Below are positions 58,327 through 64,000 of a stretch of DNA of 64,000 nucleotides, piece after piece; position 1 is the stretch's first letter; each line of letters begins with the position of its first letter. The notes under the pieces are model-generated. The model saw nothing but the letters and a program-made list of their open reading frames with translations, was not told the DNA's origin and did no database searches. The stretch is taken from IMG/VR virus record IMGVR_UViG_3300025120_000019; one strand, given 5' to 3'. The stretch is from a virus. The position numbers were made by a program, and so were the translations under genes.

Positions 58327-58901
58327 ATAATATGCCTGACATAGATATCGATTTTGCAGATAGATCTAAAATTTTAGATAAAATAAAACATCGTGTGGCA
58401 AAATTAGATTCTGGTAAAAAACATAATACTGGAATTTATGCAACTGAGATTCCACACAACCCTGTTGATAATTTATCAACAATCGACCACAAAGAAGCAG
58501 AACAAAGAGGATACTTTAAACTTGACTTTTTAAATGTTTCTATCTATAAAGAAATAACCAACGAACAACATTTAAACCAATTAATGAATAAGGAACCAAT
58601 ATGGGAACTACTGGAACACAAAGACTTCGTCGATCAGCTGTTTCATCTAAGCGGACACGACAAACTATTAAAACAATTGAAACCTACATCGGTAGAGCAT
58701 TTGGCCGCGACACTAGCGATAATAAGACCAGCCAAAAGAAATTTAGCAAATCAATCGTGGCAAACAATAATGGAACAAGTTTGGATAAAACCAAAAGACG
58801 GTGAATATTTTTTTAAGAAAGCTCATGCTATTGCATATGCTGTAAGTGTAATTGTACACATGAATTTAGTTTGTGAAAGCTATCTTTTACGTAATACTTG
58901 A
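58323..58901 (+). CDS. Miniature DNA polymerase III alpha (DnaE, C-family)-like protein, 192 aa
   Basis: PDIDIDF, KHNTG, FKLDFL, LAIIRPA and YFFKKAHAIAYA occur in DnaE order. Confidence 0.8.
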   Translation: MNNMPDIDIDFADRSKILDKIKHRVAKLDSGKKHNTGIYATEIPHNPVDNLSTIDHKEAEQRGYFKLDFLNVSIYKEITNEQHLNQLMNKEPIWELLEHKDFVDQLFHLSGHDKLLKQLKPTSVEHLAATLAIIRPAKRNLANQSWQTIMEQVWIKPKDGEYFFKKAHAIAYAVSVIVHMNLVCESYLLRNT

Positions 58902-59245
58902 ACGCTTTTTCTTTTAATTCTTTTACTAGATAAATTATTGATATTGACACACGGACCAACACTTACTTTGACATCTTTTGTATTCATTGTCATCATGCAA
59001 TAGTTAAATTTTTCCATTTCTTTTTTTAGAAATATATTAATAGGAATCATTCTATTTGATTCCCACCACCAAATTTCTCCTACTTCAAGAAAAACTTTTT
59101 TTTCTATATCTGATTTAATTTTGTTGAAAACAAACATAGTAGTGACATATGCATCTTGATTAGATACAATACCTACATATTCGTGTCCACCGTATGCAAC
59201 CACACTTACGTATGGGAAGTTTTTTTCAATATCTTTTAATAACAT
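58880..59245 (-). CDS. Conserved-looking hypothetical protein
   Basis: EYVGIV.N, WWWESNRMIPINIFL; minus-strand TAAGTA at 59259-59264 and AGGA SD. Confidence 0.65.
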   Translation of the reverse strand: MLLKDIEKNFPYVSVVAYGGHEYVGIVSNQDAYVTTMFVFNKIKSDIEKKVFLEVGEIWWWESNRMIPINIFLKKEMEKFNYCMMTMNTKDVKVSVGPCVNINNLSSKRIKRKSVQVLRKR

Positions 59246-59284
59246 AATTTCCTATAAATACTTATACAAAAAGGTTTCCAGTCG

Positions 59285-60280
59285 ATGCAAAAAACGTATA
59301 GATATTTAGCAAAAAATAAAGTTATAGTTGTAGCCAATTTGGCTGGATTTATTACGGAGTACAGACCAGTGTATCAAAAAAATTTAAAAGTATATCGAGG
59401 AATAGATAATTTACTCTATTTTGAAATTAAAAATCACGATCAAAAAAATGTAAGCTTATCAGGCTATACTCCAATGCTAATGGCCTGGAATGATGAAAAT
59501 ACTTTAGTAATTGAAAAAACAGGAACTAGCTTAGACGATGTTGTAACAAAAGAAACTTCAGCCGCCCAAAGTGCAAAAGGAACAACTTTGAAATTTGGAT
59601 TAACAACAGGTATAGTGCTTGGCCAAATTGTAAGTGGAACATACATCACTAGAGGAACAATAGTAACTGCTATTACATCTGATACTGTTACATTAAGCAA
59701 ATCTACAACAAACGTAGTACCATTAGCAACCAATATAACATTCCAAACTAGTAGCAAAAAAGGTGTGTTCACTGTTAATGTTACAGAAAACGATCTACTA
59801 GCAATTAACCAACAATATTTAAAATATGTTGTATATTTAGAAGATAGTTCTAAAGAAAGAACAATTACTTATAGCGGAGCAGATTTTGATTTCTCAGGTA
59901 CTATCCATGTAGATAGTACGTCAATGCCTGGACCAAAGTCTAGTGTTTCTGTAAAAGACTTTGTAGAAATTAATGATTTTTGGTATGCAGGATCTAGTAG
60001 TGCTACTCAGATTACAGCTCAACCTGCACTAAATGGCAATAACGCATTACATACTGTTGCTGTTTATACTGACGGATATATAGGTGGCTTAGAAGTACAG
60101 GCAACCTTAGACAATCAAATTACAGGTTCTAATAACTGGACAACTGTAAGCACTTTAACATTTACAGGATCAGAAACACAGCCACAGCCTACAAATTTTA
60201 ATGGAATATATAACTATCTAAGATTCAAAGCAAGTGCAGATCCTTCAAGTAAAATAACAAAAGTATTAGTACGAAATTAA
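59285..60280 (+). CDS. Putative virion structural protein (baseplate/fibre-associated)
   Basis: Late promoter TATAAATA 59253-59260; beta-rich; YRGIDN...NHDQK; G.LEVQATL...W...YLRF carbohydrate-binding-like C-terminus. Confidence 0.55.
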   Translation: MQKTYRYLAKNKVIVVANLAGFITEYRPVYQKNLKVYRGIDNLLYFEIKNHDQKNVSLSGYTPMLMAWNDENTLVIEKTGTSLDDVVTKETSAAQSAKGTTLKFGLTTGIVLGQIVSGTYITRGTIVTAITSDTVTLSKSTTNVVPLATNITFQTSSKKGVFTVNVTENDLLAINQQYLKYVVYLEDSSKERTITYSGADFDFSGTIHVDSTSMPGPKSSVSVKDFVEINDFWYAGSSSATQITAQPALNGNNALHTVAVYTDGYIGGLEVQATLDNQITGSNNWTTVSTLTFTGSETQPQPTNFNGIYNYLRFKASADPSSKITKVLVRN

Positions 60281-60292
60281 GGTAAATATAGT

Positions 60293-60637
60293 ATGCCAAG
60301 TAATAGTGAAATAATTTTATCAGCTCAAACACACCCAGAAGATAGTACTGTGCAAACTGCTACTGGAGACAAAGCTAAAGGCGACGGATATTACAGTAGA
60401 GCCGACGGTCTTCATACTGTGCAGTATAACTTAAACCAGTTTATAGGTACTATTACAATGCAAGCTACATTAGCATCTATACCAGCTGAAGCTGATTGGT
60501 TTGATATCACTTCTATTACTGAAATTAGTTTAACTGGGTCTAAAGTGCAAAACTTTACTGGAAACTATGTTTGGGTAAGAGCTAATGTCAGTGAATGGAC
60601 TGGCGGCACAATTAATAGTATAACATTAAATCATTGA
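60293..60637 (+). CDS. Small beta-sandwich structural protein, similar to the preceding C-terminal domain
   Basis: HTVQY...FIGTITMQATL...WFDI...NFTGNYVWVRA resembles HTVAVY...IGGLEVQATL...NFNGIYNYLRF; late promoter at 60283-60288. Confidence 0.6.
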   Translation: MPSNSEIILSAQTHPEDSTVQTATGDKAKGDGYYSRADGLHTVQYNLNQFIGTITMQATLASIPAEADWFDITSITEISLTGSKVQNFTGNYVWVRANVSEWTGGTINSITLNH

Positions 60638-60661
60638 CAAATTAATAAATGATGCTACAAT
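60634..60661 (+). promoter_or_regulatory. sigma70-type promoter TTGACA-16-TACAAT (TG extension) for primase
   Basis: ttgaca 60634-60639, tacaat 60656-60661. Confidence 0.55.
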
Positions 60662-60667
60662 GTAAAT

Positions 60668-61645
60668 ATGAGCATTGTATCGGATATTCTGACTGCACAC
60701 TTGCCTGCAAAACGCAAAACTACTCCTAGTGGTTGGACTAGTTTTCGTGCGCCTTGTTGTGTCCATAACGGCGAAACACAGGATAAAAAAGGACGTGGTG
60801 GTATTATATACGAAGGTGATGTAATATCATATCATTGTTTTAATTGCGGATATAAAGCCAGTTGGCAACCAGGACGTAATTTAAGTTATAAATTTAAAAA
60901 ACTTTTAGAATGGTTAAACACAGCCGATAGTGATATTACAAAATTAGCACTAGATGTTATGCGTGAAAACGAAGGAGTTGAAGTTCAACAACATAGAATA
61001 GAACTGCCAGAATTTGCAACAACACAGCTTCCTAATAATAGTGTAAAAATTAATAATATAACAACATTTGATAAACATAGTACAGCGGTATTAGAATATA
61101 TGTCAGCAAGACATTTAAACTTAGATGATACAGATTATTACTGGTCTCCAGAACTTGCTTATAGAGATAGAATAATAATTCCTTTTTATTATGAAAATAG
61201 AATAGTAGGTTATACAGCAAGAACAGTTAAAGATAATAAAGTTAAGTACCTCACAGATAGTCAACCTGGATTTGTGTATGGACTAGACGAACAAAATTCA
61301 AACAAAGTATTTTGTATTTTATGCGAAGGGCCTATAGATGCTATTCATATTGATGGTTGTGCATTGACAGGTAGTGACATAAATGATCAGCAAGCATTGT
61401 TATTAAACAGACTTAACAAAGATATATTTGTTGTACCAGATAGAGATAAAGCTGGTAGTAAACTTGTTGAGCAAGCTATTGATAGAGGATGGAGTGTAAG
61501 TTTACCTACTTGGGAAGAAGGAATAAATGATATAGGAGATGCAGTTAATAAATACGGTAGATTGTATACACTTTATAGTGTGTTTAATTCTGCAGAAAGC
61601 TCACCGCTTAAGATTAGATTGAAAGCAAAAAAATGGTTTACTTAA
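60668..61645 (+). CDS. DNA primase (T4 gp61-like; zinc-binding + TOPRIM)
   Basis: PCC...YHCFNCG, RIIIPF, GYTAR, KYL, CEGPIDA, PDRDKAG, ND..D. Confidence 0.9.
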   Translation: MSIVSDILTAHLPAKRKTTPSGWTSFRAPCCVHNGETQDKKGRGGIIYEGDVISYHCFNCGYKASWQPGRNLSYKFKKLLEWLNTADSDITKLALDVMRENEGVEVQQHRIELPEFATTQLPNNSVKINNITTFDKHSTAVLEYMSARHLNLDDTDYYWSPELAYRDRIIIPFYYENRIVGYTARTVKDNKVKYLTDSQPGFVYGLDEQNSNKVFCILCEGPIDAIHIDGCALTGSDINDQQALLLNRLNKDIFVVPDRDKAGSKLVEQAIDRGWSVSLPTWEEGINDIGDAVNKYGRLYTLYSVFNSAESSPLKIRLKAKKWFT

Positions 61646-61755
61646 AAAAATTATGGAATATTATAATCTATCCTTATACATATATTAGAGACGAAATGCG
61701 TTATAGAAAACGTTTAAAAGAACTTAAAAAAAGAGATCCGTTTATTTACAAATGA
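61633..61755 (+). CDS. Small basic protein ending RDPFIYK (40 aa), not in ORF track
   Basis: MVYLKKLWNIIIYPYTYIRDEMRYRKRLKELKKRDPFIYK; overlaps primase stop and next start. Confidence 0.6.
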   Translation: MVYLKKLWNIIIYPYTYIRDEMRYRKRLKELKKRDPFIYK

Positions 61756-61868
61756 TAGAAATTATACTTTACAACATTTTATTTTGGACATTTTATTATT
61801 GGATTGGTAGCTTACCTGTAAAGCTTATGCAATATGCAATTGATAACTCAGATAACATAGGAAAATAA
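61752..61868 (+). CDS. Small hydrophobic protein (38 aa), not in ORF track
   Basis: MIEIILYNILFWTFYYWIGSLPVKLMQYAIDNSDNIGK; ATGA overlap; ends 3 nt before prs. Confidence 0.5.
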   Translation: MIEIILYNILFWTFYYWIGSLPVKLMQYAIDNSDNIGK

Positions 61869-61871
61869 TTT

Positions 61872-62813
61872 ATGAAAATCATTACTGGAAATGCTAATAA
61901 AAAATTAGCACAAGAGATCGCAGAACATTGCTTTGCTCCAATAGTTCCTGCAAATGTTAGTGCGTTTGCAGATGGAGAAACTAGCGTTGAATTTTTAGAA
62001 AATGTAAGAGGGCAAGATGTTTTTATTGTTCAACCAACATCAACACCAGTCAATGATAGTATAATGGAACTAATGATTATGATTGATGCGGCACGTAGAT
62101 CAAGTGCTAATAGAATTACAGCAGTTATTCCTTACTTTGGATATGCTAGGCAGGACCGTAAGAGTGCGTCACGTACTCCTATTACTGCTAAACTTGTCAG
62201 TAATTTAATTACAACATCAGGTGCTGATAGAATTCTTACTATGGACCTCCACGCTGGTCAGATACAAGGTTTCTTTGATATTCCTGTAGATGATCTTACC
62301 AGCCGGGTAGTTTTTGCAAAAGACATACGCCGTAATATAGATACAACTCAAGGTATGGTGTTTGTAAGTCCTGATGCAGGTGGTGTTGTTCGTGCTAGGA
62401 AGTTTGCAGATATGTTTGGTGGGGACATTGCTATAGTAGATAAACGTAGACCAGAAGCTGGCAAGTCAGAAGTAATGAATTTAATTGGCGATGTAACCGG
62501 CAAGCACGCCATACTAGTAGATGATATTGTAGACAGTGGTGGAACATTATGTAATGCGGCAAAGGCAATTTTAGATGCAGGTGCATTAAGTGTTAGAGCA
62601 TATATTACACACGGAGTATTAAGCGGAGAAGCTTGTCAAAAAGTTGAAAAGAGTGTTTTAGAAGAACTTGTAGTAACTGACAGTATTTTAGATCATTGTC
62701 CAAAAAATTGTAAAAAAACAAGGTATGTTACTGTATCTAATCTGTTTGGTGAAGCTATAAGACGTGTGCATAATGAGGAATCTGTTAGCACATTATTCAA
62801 TCAAAAATTATGA
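61872..62813 (+). CDS. prs: Ribose-phosphate pyrophosphokinase (PRPP synthetase)
   Basis: [48 protein letters not shown]. Confidence 0.97.
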   Translation: MKIITGNANKKLAQEIAEHCFAPIVPANVSAFADGETSVEFLENVRGQDVFIVQPTSTPVNDSIMELMIMIDAARRSSANRITAVIPYFGYARQDRKSASRTPITAKLVSNLITTSGADRILTMDLHAGQIQGFFDIPVDDLTSRVVFAKDIRRNIDTTQGMVFVSPDAGGVVRARKFADMFGGDIAIVDKRRPEAGKSEVMNLIGDVTGKHAILVDDIVDSGGTLCNAAKAILDAGALSVRAYITHGVLSGEACQKVEKSVLEELVVTDSILDHCPKNCKKTRYVTVSNLFGEAIRRVHNEESVSTLFNQKL

Positions 62814-64000
62814 TTACATGGGGTATTAGTGGCAATAGTCACGATGCATCACTAGCTGTTTTTAAACACTACCCTTGGTTAGAAATATTGTTTGCTAGTC
62901 ATAGTGAACGATATAGTGGCAAGAAAAATGATGCACATTTAAATACTGCATTAATAAAAGATGCTTTAAATTATGGTGAGCCCGAAGAAGTTATTTGGTA
63001 TGAAAATCCATATAAAAAAACATTAAGACAAATATATGCAGGACAAGGTTATAAAACATTTAAGAAAAATCGCATACGCAAGTATCTACGCAATTATAAC
63101 ATTAAGTGCCCTGTACATTTTGTTGATCATCATAGGGCTCATTGTGCTGGCGGTTATTATACATCAGGCTTTACTGATGCTACTGTAATTTGTATAGATA
63201 GTATAGGAGAGTTTGAAACACTAAGTATCTGGAATGCAGAGGGTAATAAATTAAAACGTGTATATAGTCAAGGATATCCGAATAGTGTAGGACTTTGGTA
63301 TTCGGCTATGACGCAACGTATAGCTTTAAAACCACAAGAAGATGAATATATACTTATGGGTATGGCCGCATATGGAGACCCTAATCGTTTTTATGATAGT
63401 ATACATAATGATTTACTAACTATTAATAACCTGGGTACTAAACCTCTTATACAATTTAAACAAAATTTACATAGGGGGTGCTTATGGTGGCAACCAGAAT
63501 ACAATAGCCCCCAGGATATTTTAGACATAGCATCATCAACCCAACGGGTGTATGAAGAAATTTTTGATCACGTTCTTAAACAGGCTAGAATGAAAACTAG
63601 TAGTAAGAACTTAGTAGTAATGGGTGGATGTGCTTTAAACTGTTCGGCTAATTCGCAAGCATACAATTATTTTGATAATGTGTGGATTATGCCTAACCCG
63701 GGTGATGCAGGCAGTGCATTAGGTGCTGTTTTAAGTCACTATGATAAACATATTGAATGGCCCGGACCTTTTCTTGGCCACAACATAGAAGGAGATTATC
63801 CATATGAGAACATCATACAGGAACTTAAAAAGACAGGTATCGTTGGCGTGGCTAACGGCAGGGCTGAGTTCGGTCCTAGGGCTCTTGGCAATCGTAGCCT
63901 TATTGCTGATCCTAGGGGCATGGATGTCAAAGACAGGGTTAATGCTATCAAACATAGACAGCAATTTAGACCATTCGCACCAGCAATTATCTCTGACAGA
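62810..64000 (+). CDS. Carbamoyltransferase (NodU/CmcH family), 3'-truncated by window; not in ORF track
   Basis: [78 protein letters not shown]. Confidence 0.92.
   Translation, partial: MITWGISGNSHDASLAVFKHYPWLEILFASHSERYSGKKNDAHLNTALIKDALNYGEPEEVIWYENPYKKTLRQIYAGQGYKTFKKNRIRKYLRNYNIKCPVHFVDHHRAHCAGGYYTSGFTDATVICIDSIGEFETLSIWNAEGNKLKRVYSQGYPNSVGLWYSAMTQRIALKPQEDEYILMGMAAYGDPNRFYDSIHNDLLTINNLGTKPLIQFKQNLHRGCLWWQPEYNSPQDILDIASSTQRVYEEIFDHVLKQARMKTSSKNLVVMGGCALNCSANSQAYNYFDNVWIMPNPGDAGSALGAVLSHYDKHIEWPGPFLGHNIEGDYPYENIIQELKKTGIVGVANGRAEFGPRALGNRSLIADPRGMDVKDRVNAIKHRQQFRPFAPAIISDR

Noticed and set aside
54315-62813. Bacterial chromosome or chimeric assembly suggested by gap, kdsA, kdsB and prs
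   Set aside because: These genes are translationally coupled to phage genes, share the AT-rich composition and lack their usual bacterial neighbours, consistent with auxiliary metabolic genes.
1-64000. Stop-codon reassignment (alternative genetic code)
   Set aside because: Conserved genes are uninterrupted under code 11, and TAA, TGA and TAG all end genes at expected positions.

Overview
AT-rich (roughly one-third GC, by eye), densely coding 64 kb segment of a large T4-superfamily-like myovirus genome. Both ends fall inside genes. The probable host is a marine or aquatic alphaproteobacterium, inferred from the look of the gap, prs and kdsA genes. Gene order is: two giant fibre/virion proteins (>1359 aa and 3929 aa, the latter with a C-terminal S74 chaperone); glycosyltransferase-like genes; a NUDIX hydrolase; neck/tail module (gp15, gp14, gp13, gp18 sheath, gp19 tube, tube-like protein, gp4); terminase small and large subunits surrounded by modular, probably head-packaged proteins; gp32-UvsX-UvsY; a ~7.5 kb glycan-biosynthesis island; UvsW; a second accessory cluster (cupin, methyltransferase, GAPDH, KdsA, KdsB); replication genes including a very small C-family (DnaE-like) polymerase and a primase; prs; and a truncated carbamoyltransferase. 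T4-type late promoter cores (TAAATA) and near-consensus sigma70 promoters are visible. Best candidates for new biology: (1) ~160-aa helical repeats with a phycobiliprotein-like K-C-x-R-D motif in the virion fibres; (2) a phage Kdo synthesis/activation/transfer pathway with a slippery A11 tract; (3) a ~190-aa miniature DnaE; (4) modular head-cargo proteins carrying annexin-like, PG-binding and DxDxDG modules; (5) a compact structured RNA between gp32 and uvsX. All family assignments come from recognising motifs by eye; no database search was run. No tRNA, rRNA, CRISPR array or transposase was recognised.
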